Shown piece after piece: positions 1 to 9,850 of a stretch of DNA of 64,000 nt (its first letter is position 1; every line of letters starts with the position of its first letter). A model generated the notes under the pieces. The model was given only the letters and a program-made list of their open reading frames with translations, did not search any database and had not been told where the DNA came from. The stretch covers positions 178,014 through 242,013 of the forward strand of contig CAWCSE010000003.1 of NCBI GenBank assembly GCA_963798165.1, written 5' to 3'. Both the position numbers and the translations under genes were made by a program. The DNA is from an uncultured Solirubrobacterales bacterium. GTDB taxonomy: Bacteria; Actinomycetota; Thermoleophilia; Solirubrobacterales; 70-9.

Positions 1-300
1 GCTGTAGAACAACTCGTAGGAGTCGGGATCGGAGGCGACCAGCTCGACCTCATAGGAGCCGTCCTCGAGCTCGATCGCGACGGGTCCCTCCGACTCCTTC
101 GCCACGACCGCGTCCTCCTCGGTCATCGCCGAGGCGACCCAGAGCACCTTGCGGTGCGTCGCCAGACCGGTCAGCGCCGTCACCAGGCCGCCACCGCCCC
201 GGCTGATCATGCGCTCGCCGTTGGCATCGCGCTCGAACTGCGCGGGACCACGGTTGGAGACGATTATCAGCGGCTGCGACTCACTCACCGATCTCTCCAT
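1..300 (-). CDS. GT20 trehalose-6-phosphate synthase-like protein, N-terminal 100 codons (gene runs off the window)
   Basis: My reverse translation from ATG 300-298 gives MERSVSESQPLIIVSNRGPAQFERDANGERMISRGGGGLVTALTGLATHRKVLWVASAMTEEDA... The IVSNRGP...GGLVTAL pattern is the OtsA/GT20 N-terminus. It is absent from the ORF track because there is no stop in the window. Confidence 0.6.
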   Translation of the reverse strand, partial: MERSVSESQPLIIVSNRGPAQFERDANGERMISRGGGGLVTALTGLATHRKVLWVASAMTEEDAVVAKESEGPVAIELEDGSYEVELVASDPDSYELFYS

Positions 301-321
301 CCAGCCGTCATGGCATCCAGG

Positions 322-1191
322 CTATCCGGACTCGCGCAATCGCTCGATCCCGCCGTCGAGCGACTCGACGATCGCCCGATGGAGCACCGGGTTCGCCGCA
401 CACACGCAGGACATCTGGAATTCGTGCCCGGAGCCGAGCAGACGCCGATTCCCGAGGCCGTTGCCGCAGGCATCGGTGACGACCGCACCCGCCTCCTCGA
501 GGATCAGCGCGGCGGCGGCGAGGTCATAGGGGGAGTTGTTGAGGATCGCCCCGCGGCCGACCCGCTCGAACTCGGCACGCACCCACTCGACCTCGTCGAT
601 CATCCGCGGGCCCGGCTCGACGTAGGCATCGAGTTGCCCGGTCACCAGCCGCGTCATGTCGTAGGTCGCCGATCCGAGGTCGAACGTCCCGCCGGCGACG
701 GACGAGCTGTCGATCAACTCCTCGATCACGATCGCCGTGGGGACGACGGGGCGACCCCGGAAGCCGTAGGTCCAGAGCATCCGCTCGATGCTCGTCTGGG
801 AGGACAGGCGAGGCGCCGGCTCGAGGCCCTGGCCACGAACGGCCAGGAAGCGCTCTCCCGACTTGATCTCGACGACACAGCCGACCTCGACGTCGTCCAT
901 CGTCGGCTCGCCCTCGAGGGATGCGGCGGCGACGGAGACGCATGCCGACTCGAAGCCGGCCATGGCGGGCCTCGTCCCGTCGATCGGGTCGACGACGAGC
1001 ACCCAGCGCGGGTCGCCCGCCGGCGTCACCATGCCGCGGTCCTCCGAATAGAAGGCCACGTCAGGCGCCCGCTCGGCGAGGAACTCCTCCATCCGCGCCT
1101 CGGCGCGCTCGTCGATCGCGAACGTCACATCCCCGCCGGCGCCGTCGCCGGAATGCTCGCGGCCCTCCATGCGGCCGAGCTCCGGGAGCAC
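322..1191 (-). CDS. inositol monophosphatase/FBPase family protein
   Basis: 289-aa ORF with WVLVVDPIDGTRPAMAG (the DPIDGT metal-binding motif) and the upstream YSEDRG motif. It ends 21 nt upstream of the otsA-like start. Confidence 0.75.
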   Translation of the reverse strand: MLPELGRMEGREHSGDGAGGDVTFAIDERAEARMEEFLAERAPDVAFYSEDRGMVTPAGDPRWVLVVDPIDGTRPAMAGFESACVSVAAASLEGEPTMDDVEVGCVVEIKSGERFLAVRGQGLEPAPRLSSQTSIERMLWTYGFRGRPVVPTAIVIEELIDSSSVAGGTFDLGSATYDMTRLVTGQLDAYVEPGPRMIDEVEWVRAEFERVGRGAILNNSPYDLAAAALILEEAGAVVTDACGNGLGNRRLLGSGHEFQMSCVCAANPVLHRAIVESLDGGIERLRESG

Positions 1192-1273
1192 GACCTCGCG
1201 CAGATCGGCCGCCAGGTCGGCGACCAGCCCGGTCAGCGGATGGGCGTCGAGGCCGGCGATGGCGGCGTCGCGA

Positions 1274-2485
1274 TCAGGACTCGGGACGGGCGCCGAGCGT
1301 CACGTCGACGTCCATCGTCTTGCCGTCGCGGATGACCTCGAGGGTGACGTCATCACCCGGCTGGTGCAGTGCGATGAGCCGCGAGAGGTCGTTCTCGGCG
1401 ACGAGCTTCTGGCCGTCGACCGCGACGATCACGTCACCGCCCGTCGAGACCTTGCGGCCCTGGAACTCGATCGACGAATCGGAGCCGTCGGACTTGCCCT
1501 GCAGCCCCGCCTTCTCGGCCGGACCGCCGGGAACGACCGTCGAGATCAGCGACCCGGTCGGCGCGTCGATGCCCAGCTTCTCGGCGAGCTGCGGGAAGAG
1601 CGGCTGGCTCTTGACGCCGATGTATGCGTATTCGACCTTGCCGTTCTCGCGAAGCTGGTCGACGGAGCGCTTGACGAGATTGATCGGTACCGCGAAGCCG
1701 ACGCCCTCGTTGCCGCCGGAGGTCGTGTTGATCTGCTGGTCGATGCCGATCACCTTGCCGTCGGCGCCGATCAGCGGGCCCCCCGAGTTGCCGGGGTTGA
1801 TCGAGGTGTCGGTCTGGATCGCACCGTCGATCTTGAACTGGGTGAGCGAGTCGATCGAGCGGTCGGTCGCCGAAACGATGCCGACCGAAAGCGATTGCTC
1901 CTGCCCGAATGGGCTGCCGATCGCGGCGACCGGCGCGCCGACCTGAATCGAGTCCGAGTCGCCGAGCCCGATCGGCTTCAGGTCGAGGCCGTCGGGATCG
2001 ACCTTGATCAGCGCGACGTCGGCGTTCAGGTCGGTGCCGAGAATCTCCGCGGGCACCTGGTTGCGGTCGCCGAACTCGACGTAGACCTCGTCGGCCTCCT
2101 TGATCGCCTGATCGCCACCGGCCTCGGTCGCGTTCGTGACGACGTGGGCATTGGTGACGATCTCGCCGTCGTTGCTGACGACGAAGCCGGATCCCTGGCC
2201 GGCCTGGGAGGTCGGGTCGGACGGGTCGCCGATGACCGAGAGGATCGTGACGACGCTCGGGGAGGCGTCGGCGTAGATCTTCTGCGGATCGAAGTTGGGG
2301 CTGGCGGCGACGCTCGGCAGCTTGCCCGCACCGTCGCCGGTCGTCGCCGCGGTCGAGACCGTGCTGCTCGTGGAAGTCACCGTCGAGCCGGCGTCGCCGC
2401 CGCAGGCGACGAGGGAGAGGGCGAGCACCAGCACGGCCGCCCCGGCGATCAGCGCGGGGCGGATCCTGCCGCTGAGGCTGCTCAC
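1274..2485 (-). CDS. HtrA/DegP-like S1C serine protease with C-terminal PDZ domain, secreted
   Basis: 403 aa. GSGFVVSNDGEIVTNAHVV (His), GNSGGPL (Ser), a hydrophobic N-terminus ending LVACGG, and a PDZ-like C-terminus. It overlaps the kinase stop by 4 nt. Confidence 0.85.
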   Translation of the reverse strand: MSSLSGRIRPALIAGAAVLVLALSLVACGGDAGSTVTSTSSTVSTAATTGDGAGKLPSVAASPNFDPQKIYADASPSVVTILSVIGDPSDPTSQAGQGSGFVVSNDGEIVTNAHVVTNATEAGGDQAIKEADEVYVEFGDRNQVPAEILGTDLNADVALIKVDPDGLDLKPIGLGDSDSIQVGAPVAAIGSPFGQEQSLSVGIVSATDRSIDSLTQFKIDGAIQTDTSINPGNSGGPLIGADGKVIGIDQQINTTSGGNEGVGFAVPINLVKRSVDQLRENGKVEYAYIGVKSQPLFPQLAEKLGIDAPTGSLISTVVPGGPAEKAGLQGKSDGSDSSIEFQGRKVSTGGDVIVAVDGQKLVAENDLSRLIALHQPGDDVTLEVIRDGKTMDVDVTLGARPES

Positions 2486-4029
2486 GCCTTGGCCTCCAGG
2501 GAGCCCCCGATGCCGCCGGATCGCGAGGCACCTCCGGCGGCGGGAAGGATCAGGCTCAGCGAGGCACCGCGGCCACGCCGCGGCTCGAGGACGACGTCGC
2601 CGCTCATCGCGCGGGCGAGCTCACGGGCGATCGCCAGGCCGAGGCCGGACCCCCCGACCGAGTCGGCCGTATAGAAGCGCTCGAAGATTCTCTCCCTGGC
2701 CCGGGTCTCGATGCCGGGACCGTCGTCGGTGACGGTGACCCGTGTCCGGGAAGGGGAGGGCGGGGGCGTTGTTGAGGCGGTGATTGCGATCTCGGTTCCG
2801 GGTGCGGTGTGCTTGAGGGCGTTGTCGATGAGAATACGCAAGATCTGGCCTGTCCTCGTCCGATCCGCTTGGGCAAGCGGTTCCTCGCCCGCGGCGGTCT
2901 CGACTCGTATCGCCGAATCGTGCTGCTCGGCCGCCGCGGCGAACTCGGAGGCGACCTCCCTGGCCACCTCCGCGAGGTCCACCGGCTCACTCTGCAGGCT
3001 CAGGGCGTCGGCGTCCAGCCGAGACAGATCCAGGAGCGCGGTCGAGAGTTTGGTCAGCCGATCGATCTGGCCGCGCATCGTCCGCACGAACTCGCGGCGG
3101 GTCTCGGCATCCGGCTCGGGATCGTCATCGAGCAGCTCGATGAAGCCGCCGAGCGACGCGATCGGCGTGCGCAACTCGTGGGATGCGTTCGCGATGAACT
3201 CGCGCCGGGCGCTCTCGAGGCCGCGCAGGCGGCGGCGCATCTGGTCGAGCGTCTCGGCGAGCTGTCCGACCTCGTCGTGCGAGCCGACGGGGATCGGCAC
3301 GGTGAAGTCGCCCTGAGCCACACGCTCGGCGGCCTCCTCGAGCCGGCGCAGGCGTCGCGTGTGGTATCCGGCGACGACGAACGCCGCCAGCAGCGACGCC
3401 GCCAGCGCGATCCCTCCGGCGATCAGGGTCTGGCGGCGGATCAGTGCGACGTTCGCCTCGACGTCATCGAGCGGCGTCGAGAGCACGATCACCCAGCCGG
3501 GTCCCGCCGTGGCTGCCGGATCCTCCGCCGCCGGGCCCTTCCCGCCCGGCACGTCCCCGGCGACGGGGAACGCGGTCTCGCCGACCGGACTGCCGTTGAC
3601 CGTCTCGACCCCGGAGCGAACGTCACCGCTCGCCGCCGCGCCGGTGGCCGCCGGGTAGTTGCCTTCGATCGCGTCGCTCTCGAGCTCGGAGTCCGCGATC
3701 ACGAACGCGGGCTCACCGTCGCGCAGGCCGAGCAGGGTTATCCGCGAATCGACGTTGGCGGCGCTCTTGCGGACCAGGGTCGCGAGCTCACGCTGCTCGA
3801 GCCCGCGGGCGGCGGCGGTCCGCAGGCGGTCGAGCTCGTCGCCGCCCTGCTGCTCGAGCCGCTCGAGCCGCTCCGAGGTGAGGCTCGAGCTGAGCTGCGG
3901 GACGACGTACAGGTAGACGAACCCGACCGCCGTCGCCGTGATCGCGAAGAACAGGAGGACGAGCCGCGTCCGGACGCTGTTGACCCGCGGCGCCGGCCGG
4001 CGTCCGCCCCGCTCGCTCGAATCGCTCAC
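2482..4029 (-). CDS. two-component sensor histidine kinase (TM-HAMP-HisKA-HATPase)
   Basis: 515 aa. H-box ASHELRTP, DDGPGI and GGSGLGLAI ATP-lid motifs, and two hydrophobic segments. The order RR-HK-HtrA on one strand matches mprA-mprB-pepD-type synteny. Confidence 0.9.
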   Translation of the reverse strand: MSDSSERGGRRPAPRVNSVRTRLVLLFFAITATAVGFVYLYVVPQLSSSLTSERLERLEQQGGDELDRLRTAAARGLEQRELATLVRKSAANVDSRITLLGLRDGEPAFVIADSELESDAIEGNYPAATGAAASGDVRSGVETVNGSPVGETAFPVAGDVPGGKGPAAEDPAATAGPGWVIVLSTPLDDVEANVALIRRQTLIAGGIALAASLLAAFVVAGYHTRRLRRLEEAAERVAQGDFTVPIPVGSHDEVGQLAETLDQMRRRLRGLESARREFIANASHELRTPIASLGGFIELLDDDPEPDAETRREFVRTMRGQIDRLTKLSTALLDLSRLDADALSLQSEPVDLAEVAREVASEFAAAAEQHDSAIRVETAAGEEPLAQADRTRTGQILRILIDNALKHTAPGTEIAITASTTPPPSPSRTRVTVTDDGPGIETRARERIFERFYTADSVGGSGLGLAIARELARAMSGDVVLEPRRGRGASLSLILPAAGGASRSGGIGGSLEAKA

Positions 4030-4736
4030 GAGACCGGTACGTCGTCGCGGAAGCGGTAGCCGACACCGCGCACCGTCAGGAGGTACTCGGGCTCGCGCGG
4101 CTCCGTCTCGATCTTCTCGCGGAGGTGGCGGATGTGGACGTCGATCGTGCGGGGATCGCGATAGGAGCTGTCGCCCCAGACCCGCTCCAGCAGTGCGGGG
4201 CGATCGAAGACGTGACCGGGGCTGCGCGCCAGCGCGGCGAGGATCTCGAACTCGACATACGTGAGCTGGGCGCGGTCCCCGCGCACCGTGACCTGGCGAC
4301 GCGCCGGGTCGACGGTCATCTCACCGGCCACGATCGGGCCCTCGACCGGCTCGTCGCCGGCGAAGCGCGTCCGCCGCAACGCCGCCTTGACGCGGCTGCG
4401 GAACTCGCGGACGCTGAACGGCTTGGTGATGTAGTCGTCCGCGCCGATCTCGAGGCCGAGCACCTTGTCCACCTCGTCGTCGCGGGCCGTGAGCATGATG
4501 ATCGGGACCTGGCTCCGCGATCGCAGACGCCGGCAGACCTCGATCCCGTCGATGCGCGGCATCATCACGTCGAGGACGACCAGATCGAAGCGGCTCTCGG
4601 CGAACAGGTCCAGGCCCTCGCGCCCGTCACGAGCGATCACAACCTCGTAGCCCTCCTTGCGCAGCGGGTACGCCAGCAGGGTCTGGATCGACTCCTCGTC
4701 GTCGACCAGGAGGATGCGAGCCGAAGCCTCAGCCAT
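4026..4736 (-). CDS. OmpR/PhoB-family response regulator
   Basis: 236 aa. Receiver domain (ILLVDDEE, VVLDVMMP, ITKPF) plus a winged-helix C-terminus (LLTVRGVGYRF). 4-nt overlap with the kinase. Confidence 0.9.
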   Translation of the reverse strand: MAEASARILLVDDEESIQTLLAYPLRKEGYEVVIARDGREGLDLFAESRFDLVVLDVMMPRIDGIEVCRRLRSRSQVPIIMLTARDDEVDKVLGLEIGADDYITKPFSVREFRSRVKAALRRTRFAGDEPVEGPIVAGEMTVDPARRQVTVRGDRAQLTYVEFEILAALARSPGHVFDRPALLERVWGDSSYRDPRTIDVHIRHLREKIETEPREPEYLLTVRGVGYRFRDDVPVS

Positions 4737-4765
4737 GACGAGAGGTTAGTTTCAGCGGCGCACCG

Positions 4766-6538
4766 ATGTTCGACCCCCGGATATACCGCGCTGCCCTGAT
4801 CCCCGCCGTGGCGGCGTTCATCGTGCTCATGTTCTCCTTCGAGCCGATCCCGAACACGCTCCCCGAGCCGGTTTCCACTCCAACCTTCGACGGCGCCGCG
4901 GCCGCGCGGCTGACTCGATCGATCGTCCAGCTGGCCCCCGAGCGCACGCCCGGCTCCCCCGGCGACAACGCCGTGGCCGACCTCGTCCGCGAGCGCTTCG
5001 GCGCGATCGAGGGTGGGCAGGTGACCGAGCAGTCCTTCGATTCGAGCTACGACGGCGAGGACGTGAAGCTGCGCAACGTCATCCTGACGCTGCCCGGGTC
5101 GTCGCAGCAGACGATTCTCGTGCTCGCCCACCGCGATGCCGCCGAGGGTTCCGGGGCCGCAACATCGGCCGCTGCGACCGCGACCCTGCTCAGCCTCGCC
5201 GACGACCTCGGGCGTTCCCGCCGCACGAAGACGATGGTCTTCGCCTCGACCGACGGCGGCAGCGACGGTGCCGAGGGGGCCCGCAAGCTGATCGAGGATC
5301 TGCCCCATCCCGGTGCGATCGACGAGGCGATCGTGATCTCCCAGCCCGGCGTCAAGAGCCCGGCGGCACCATTCGTGATCAGTTCGGGCACCGATCCCGA
5401 GAGCGCCTCCGCTCAGCTCGTCCAGACCGCCCGCGGCGTCGCGTCGGCAGCCTTCGACCAACGCGATCCGGCGCCGGGCGCCTGGATCGGGCTCTCCCGC
5501 CTCGCGTTCCCGATGGGCATGGGCGAGCAGATGGCGATCCGCGATGCCGGGATCGAAGCGGTCGCGATCAGCGCTCACGGCGAGCGGCAGATCCCCACTT
5601 CTCAGGACGGGATCGACGACGTCTCCGCCGAGACCATCGCCGCCGCCGGAGGAGCGCTGACCGATCTGATCGTGACCCTCGACGAGAGTCCGCAGCCGGA
5701 ACGGGGGCCTGACGACTACGTCCGGGTCGGGGGCAACCTCGTCCCCGGCTGGACGATCTCGTTGCTGGCGGTCTCGTTGCTGATCGCGCCGCTGCTGACC
5801 GCGGGCGACACCTGGTTGCGTGAGCGTCGCAACGACTGGCGGACGCGGCGAACCATCTTCTGGGCGATCGAGCGGGGGCTACTGCCGCTCGCGGCGCTGC
5901 TGCTCGCCTACCTGCTCGGCCTCGTCGGCCTCATTCCCGACCCCGCCTTCCCGTTCGACCCGAACCTCTATCCGGCCGGCTCCGCCGGGCCGATCGCGTT
6001 CGCGGCGCTCGCCGCAGCGGTCGTGCTCGCCGCCCTCCTCGTCCGGCCGATGCGCACCCCTCTCGACATCGAACCGCAGACTCTCGCCGCTGCCGCCGGA
6101 CTCATGACCGGCCTCTCGATCTTCGGGATCTGGCTGATCAACCCCTTCCTGGCGCTGCTGCTGGCACCGGCCGCGCACGTCTGGCTGCTCGCGGCTCGCG
6201 CGGCCGGGCCGCCCCGGCCGCCCGTGCTCGGCGTGATCGCCCTGCTCGCGCTGGCGCCGTCGCTGATCGCCTTCATCACGGTCGCCCGGCAGCTGGAGCT
6301 CGGTGCCGGAGCGCCCTGGCAGTTCCTGTTGCTCATCGAGGACGGACAGGTCAGCCTCCTGATCAGCCTGCTGTGGTGCGGCGTCATCGGCGGGCTGATC
6401 AGCTGCGTCGCCGCCGCCGGAGCGGGCAAGCGCGCCGGCCCGCCCCTCGGCCCGACGGGCAGCATCCGCGGTGCCGGAACTCATGCCGGTCCGGGGGCGC
6501 TCGGCGGTACGCCTCCCGCAACCCGCAATCGCGCCTAG
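4766..6538 (+). CDS. M28 peptidase-like domain protein fused to a polytopic membrane domain
   Basis: 590 aa. The N-terminal TM is followed by ILVLAHRDAAEGSGA and VFASTDGGSDGAEGARKL, which is M28-like, but the usual EE pair is not obvious. The C-terminal half has about 6 hydrophobic helices. Confidence 0.45.
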   Translation: MFDPRIYRAALIPAVAAFIVLMFSFEPIPNTLPEPVSTPTFDGAAAARLTRSIVQLAPERTPGSPGDNAVADLVRERFGAIEGGQVTEQSFDSSYDGEDVKLRNVILTLPGSSQQTILVLAHRDAAEGSGAATSAAATATLLSLADDLGRSRRTKTMVFASTDGGSDGAEGARKLIEDLPHPGAIDEAIVISQPGVKSPAAPFVISSGTDPESASAQLVQTARGVASAAFDQRDPAPGAWIGLSRLAFPMGMGEQMAIRDAGIEAVAISAHGERQIPTSQDGIDDVSAETIAAAGGALTDLIVTLDESPQPERGPDDYVRVGGNLVPGWTISLLAVSLLIAPLLTAGDTWLRERRNDWRTRRTIFWAIERGLLPLAALLLAYLLGLVGLIPDPAFPFDPNLYPAGSAGPIAFAALAAAVVLAALLVRPMRTPLDIEPQTLAAAAGLMTGLSIFGIWLINPFLALLLAPAAHVWLLAARAAGPPRPPVLGVIALLALAPSLIAFITVARQLELGAGAPWQFLLLIEDGQVSLLISLLWCGVIGGLISCVAAAGAGKRAGPPLGPTGSIRGAGTHAGPGALGGTPPATRNRA

Positions 6539-6550
6539 GGGGCTCCCCCC

Positions 6551-6880
6551 ATGTCGGGCGCGCGCCTGGACACGGTTCTGGACGCCTCGCTGGACGCTCG
6601 TCCGAAGGGCCTAAAGCAGTCCCCGCGGGAGCCGATGGGGGCAGGGAAAGGAAGCCGAGATCCGACCATGAATCCAGCAGAGCGAAGTCCGATACGCGCC
6701 GACGACGAGCAGCTCGCGCTCGTGCAGCAGAAGGTCTCCAGAGGCGAATACGAGATCAACGCCCAGCGGGTGGCCATCGCGATTCTCGAGCGGGTCGGCG
6801 TGATGCAGAACACCAGCGTCAGAAACCGCGAAGGTGGTCATGGCCTGATGCCGGAAATGAGCGTCCCCCGGGAAGTCTGA
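6551..6880 (+). CDS. FlgM-like anti-sigma-28 factor family protein (start uncertain)
   Basis: The C-terminal LALVQQKVSRGEYEINAQRVAIAILERV resembles the FlgM signature (G-Y-x-v-d...vA..il). An alternative start is ATG 6668 (MNPAERS). The 3' end overlaps the convergent thiL by 62 nt. Confidence 0.4.
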   Translation: MSGARLDTVLDASLDARPKGLKQSPREPMGAGKGSRDPTMNPAERSPIRADDEQLALVQQKVSRGEYEINAQRVAIAILERVGVMQNTSVRNREGGHGLMPEMSVPREV

Positions 6881-7847
6881 GCCGCACGGCCCCGCCGGGC
6901 ACGACCCGGCCGATCTCGTGCAGTGCGGTCCCGGCATCAGCGACGGCGTCGATGCAATCGGCGAGCGCCGAGCGGGGGACGGCGCAGAGCAGCTCGTAGT
7001 CCTCGCCGCCGGAGACCATCAGCTCATAGGGGTCGCGGCCGGCCGCGTCCGCCACCTCGGCGACTCCCTCGCCCCGCGGCACCCGGTCGACCTCGATCTC
7101 GACACCGACTCCCGAGGCGGCGGCGAGATGCTCGGTCTCGGCGCCGAGCCCATCGGATATGTCGATCATCGCCACCACCCCGGCGGCGGCCAGCGCCCTG
7201 CCGGCGGCGAGCCGCGGCTGCGGCTCGAGCTGCCGGGCGGTCACCGCGGTGCGGACGCGCTCCGACAGTCCCTGACAGAGCTCGGGGTGCTCGAGCAGCA
7301 TCAGTCCGGCGGCTGCGCCCCCGAGCGTTCCCGTCACGCAGAGCGCATCCCCATCGGTGGCCCCGGTGCGGCCGATCATCGCTTCCGCCGAGGGCGCCCT
7401 GCCGATCGCCGTCACGCAGACCGACAGGACTGCCGATGCCGTGATGTCGCCGCCCAGCACCGCGACGCCCGCCTGCTCCGCCAGCTCCGCCAGGCCGTCA
7501 CAGAGAGCCATGCAGTCCTCGCGCTCGAAGTCCTCCGGCATCCCGAGCCAGACGTAGGCGTCGGCCGGCGTTGCGCCCATGGCCGCCAGATCGCTGAGCG
7601 CCGCGCCGATCGCCTTGCGGCCGATCGACTTCGGCGGACACCAGCTGCGGCGGAAGGCGACGCCGTCGACCATCGCGTCGACGGTGACGGCGGTCGCCTC
7701 ACCGTCGCGGCCGACGGTGACGGCGGCGTCGTCGCCGATCCCGATCCGCACCTCGTCGCCGCGGTCGCGCGCCGTCGCCGCCATTCGGTCGCGAATCGCG
7801 CCGATCAGGTCGAACTCCGGCGAACTGCGCAGCCGCGGCTCGTTCAC
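6819..7847 (-). CDS. thiL: thiamine-monophosphate kinase
   Basis: EFDLIGAIRDR..IGIGDDAAV N-terminus and AIR-synthase-like fold motifs (GGDITAS, DISDGL). I place the start at GTG 7847 (VNEPRLRSSPEFDLIG). This forms a GTGA overlap with the upstream gene's stop. Confidence 0.8.
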   Translation of the reverse strand: MNEPRLRSSPEFDLIGAIRDRMAATARDRGDEVRIGIGDDAAVTVGRDGEATAVTVDAMVDGVAFRRSWCPPKSIGRKAIGAALSDLAAMGATPADAYVWLGMPEDFEREDCMALCDGLAELAEQAGVAVLGGDITASAVLSVCVTAIGRAPSAEAMIGRTGATDGDALCVTGTLGGAAAGLMLLEHPELCQGLSERVRTAVTARQLEPQPRLAAGRALAAAGVVAMIDISDGLGAETEHLAAASGVGVEIEVDRVPRGEGVAEVADAAGRDPYELMVSGGEDYELLCAVPRSALADCIDAVADAGTALHEIGRVVPGGAVRLRLPGGRSFPASGHDHLRGF

Positions 7848-9157
7848 AGTGACACCGGGATGGCATTGATCGCCTGGAACACGGTGAACAGGATCGTCGC
7901 ACCGATCAGCACCCGGTCGCGGGAGATCGCCGCCACCGGCAGGAGCCAGATCAAATACCACGGGGCCATGTACGCGGACCCGACCAGGACCGCGAAGCTC
8001 GCCCAGCCCGCGGCCCGGACCCAGTCGAGGCCTCGCGCCGTCGCGACCAGCAGCCAGGCGATTCCGGCGATCGCGGCGATGCCGAGAAGGGCCCTGAAGA
8101 CGTCGACGTCGATCCCGCCCGAGGCCCGCGAGAGGACACCCGGCACGCTCCAGCGGCTGATCCGATCCTGGTTGCCGCCGGCGACGCTCAGCGCCTCGCT
8201 GACGTGCGATCCGAAGACGAGCAGGGAGACGGCGGCGATCAGGACGAAGGCGACCGCCCCTCCCGCGAGCAGCCGGGCGCGGTCTCCCCGCTCGCGGGAG
8301 CCGAGCAACGCGAACGGTGCGTAGAGCAGCCCCGAGATCTTCACCGCGGCCGCGACGACGAAGCCGGCGCCACCGATCGCCGGGCGCGCCGAGAGAACGG
8401 CCGCGACGGCGGCCATCGCGATCGCGACCATCAACCCGTCGTTGTGGGCGCCGCCGACGAGATGGACGAGCACCAGCGGGTTGAGGGCGACGAAGGCGAC
8501 CGCGAGCGCCGGATCGACGCCGCGGACCCGCGCCGTCCGGGCGACGAGGGCCGCCAGGGCCGCAATCGCGAGGCCGGCGATCGCCTTCAGCGACCAGAGG
8601 GCGACCGGAACCGACACCAGGCCGAGCGGATAGCCGGCCAGGGTGAACACGGGGCCGTAGACGGATACGGCGTCCCGGTAGTCGACGACCCGGCTTGCGG
8701 CGTCGTCGGGCATGGGCAGGGCCGACGGCGCGAACTCGTAGGGGTTGAGGCCGTGATCGGCGCCGAGACGCGCGTAGGAGATGTAGCTGTAGACATCGAG
8801 CGAGAGCAGCGGCGGCGCCAGTACGAACAGCACGATCAGCAACCCGGTGATCCAGCCGATCCAGCGCAGGCCGAGATCGCGGGCGAGGGCGAGCAGGGCG
8901 ATCCAGAGCGCGATGGCGACGTACAGCAGGCAGAGGTAGACGACCGGTGTGTTGACGATGCCGTCGCCGAAGATCCCGGTCGTCCAGCCCGGGTCCTTGT
9001 CGGCGTCGCTCGAGCCCGGCACCATCAACCAGCCCGGGGTGGCGAGCGGGATCGAGACGAGGACGAGTGCGATCGCGACGACCCTCGCCGCCGGCCGGCG
9101 CCAGGCGGCGACGGCTGGGTGCGACGTCGGCATCGAGCTGATCTCGGTCTCCTGCAT
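7844..9157 (-). CDS. GT-C fold polyprenol-phosphate-mannose-dependent mannosyltransferase-like membrane protein (MptB/DUF2029-like)
   Basis: C-terminal 438 aa of the 715-aa ORF, starting at ATG 9157 (MQETEISSMPTSH). Polytopic, with SLDVYSYISYARLGADHGLNPY...VSVYGPVFTL, typical of this family. The upstream part of the ORF is a shadow of the HAD gene. Confidence 0.5.
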   Translation of the reverse strand: MQETEISSMPTSHPAVAAWRRPAARVVAIALVLVSIPLATPGWLMVPGSSDADKDPGWTTGIFGDGIVNTPVVYLCLLYVAIALWIALLALARDLGLRWIGWITGLLIVLFVLAPPLLSLDVYSYISYARLGADHGLNPYEFAPSALPMPDDAASRVVDYRDAVSVYGPVFTLAGYPLGLVSVPVALWSLKAIAGLAIAALAALVARTARVRGVDPALAVAFVALNPLVLVHLVGGAHNDGLMVAIAMAAVAAVLSARPAIGGAGFVVAAAVKISGLLYAPFALLGSRERGDRARLLAGGAVAFVLIAAVSLLVFGSHVSEALSVAGGNQDRISRWSVPGVLSRASGGIDVDVFRALLGIAAIAGIAWLLVATARGLDWVRAAGWASFAVLVGSAYMAPWYLIWLLPVAAISRDRVLIGATILFTVFQAINAIPVSL

Positions 9158-9181
9158 CTGCTCCCGGGGGAGAATGTATTC

Positions 9182-9850
9182 ATGCCCGCCCCCTACCGCG
9201 CCTGCCTGATCGACGCGCTCGGCACGATGGTCCGGCTCGCGCCGCCCTGGGAGCGGGTCGATCCGGCCGCCGTCGAGGGACTCGAGCCGGATGTCGTCCG
9301 GGATGCCTTCCGGGCCGAGATGCGCCACTACGCCGCCAACGCCGGTCGCGGCCGCGACCCGGAATCGCTGGCGGCGCTGCGCGCCGAGTGCGCTGACCTG
9401 CTGTCGGAGCAGCTCGGCCGGCGGATCGATGTCGCGACGATGATGGGGGCGATCCACTTCGAGGCCTACCCGGACGCGGCGCCCGCCCTGCGGACGTGGC
9501 GCGAGCGGGGGCTGCGCATCATCTGCGTCTCCAACTGGGACTACGAGCTCGACGAGGTGCTGGAGCGGATCGGCCTCGCCGCGCTGCTCGACGGGGTCGT
9601 CACCTCGGCCGGCGCCGGGGTGCGCAAACCCGATCCCGCGATCTTCGAGGCGGGACTTCGCATCGCCGGTTGCGGGCCGGCCGAGGCGTTCCACGTCGGC
9701 GACAGCGACGACGACGTCGTCGGGGCCCGGGCGGCGGGGATCGAGGTGATCCGGATCGACCGCGACGGGGGCGGCGGCGGGGCGGCGGACGTATCCTCGC
9801 TCGCCGAGATCGTGGACGGAGGGACGCCAATGGGCAGAATGGCCAGATGA
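9182..9850 (+). CDS. HAD superfamily hydrolase (subfamily IA, haloacid-dehalogenase-like)
   Basis: Starts at ATG 9182 (MPAPYRACLIDALGTMV). Motifs: IDALGT (I), VSNWD (II), KPDPAIF (III), VGDSDDDV (IV). Confidence 0.75.
   Translation: MPAPYRACLIDALGTMVRLAPPWERVDPAAVEGLEPDVVRDAFRAEMRHYAANAGRGRDPESLAALRAECADLLSEQLGRRIDVATMMGAIHFEAYPDAAPALRTWRERGLRIICVSNWDYELDEVLERIGLAALLDGVVTSAGAGVRKPDPAIFEAGLRIAGCGPAEAFHVGDSDDDVVGARAAGIEVIRIDRDGGGGGAADVSSLAEIVDGGTPMGRMAR

Noticed and set aside
154-1335. Large Arg/Ala/Gly-rich ORFs on the strand opposite to well-supported genes: 154-1335, 1169-2674, 15915-18155, 21530-23833, 25505-27046 (upstream part), 49249-50718, 50950-52932 and 55553-58078.
   Set aside because: These are typical high-GC shadow ORFs. 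They have low-complexity RG/RP-rich translations and no recognisable motifs. Each fully overlaps a gene with clear family signatures on the other strand.
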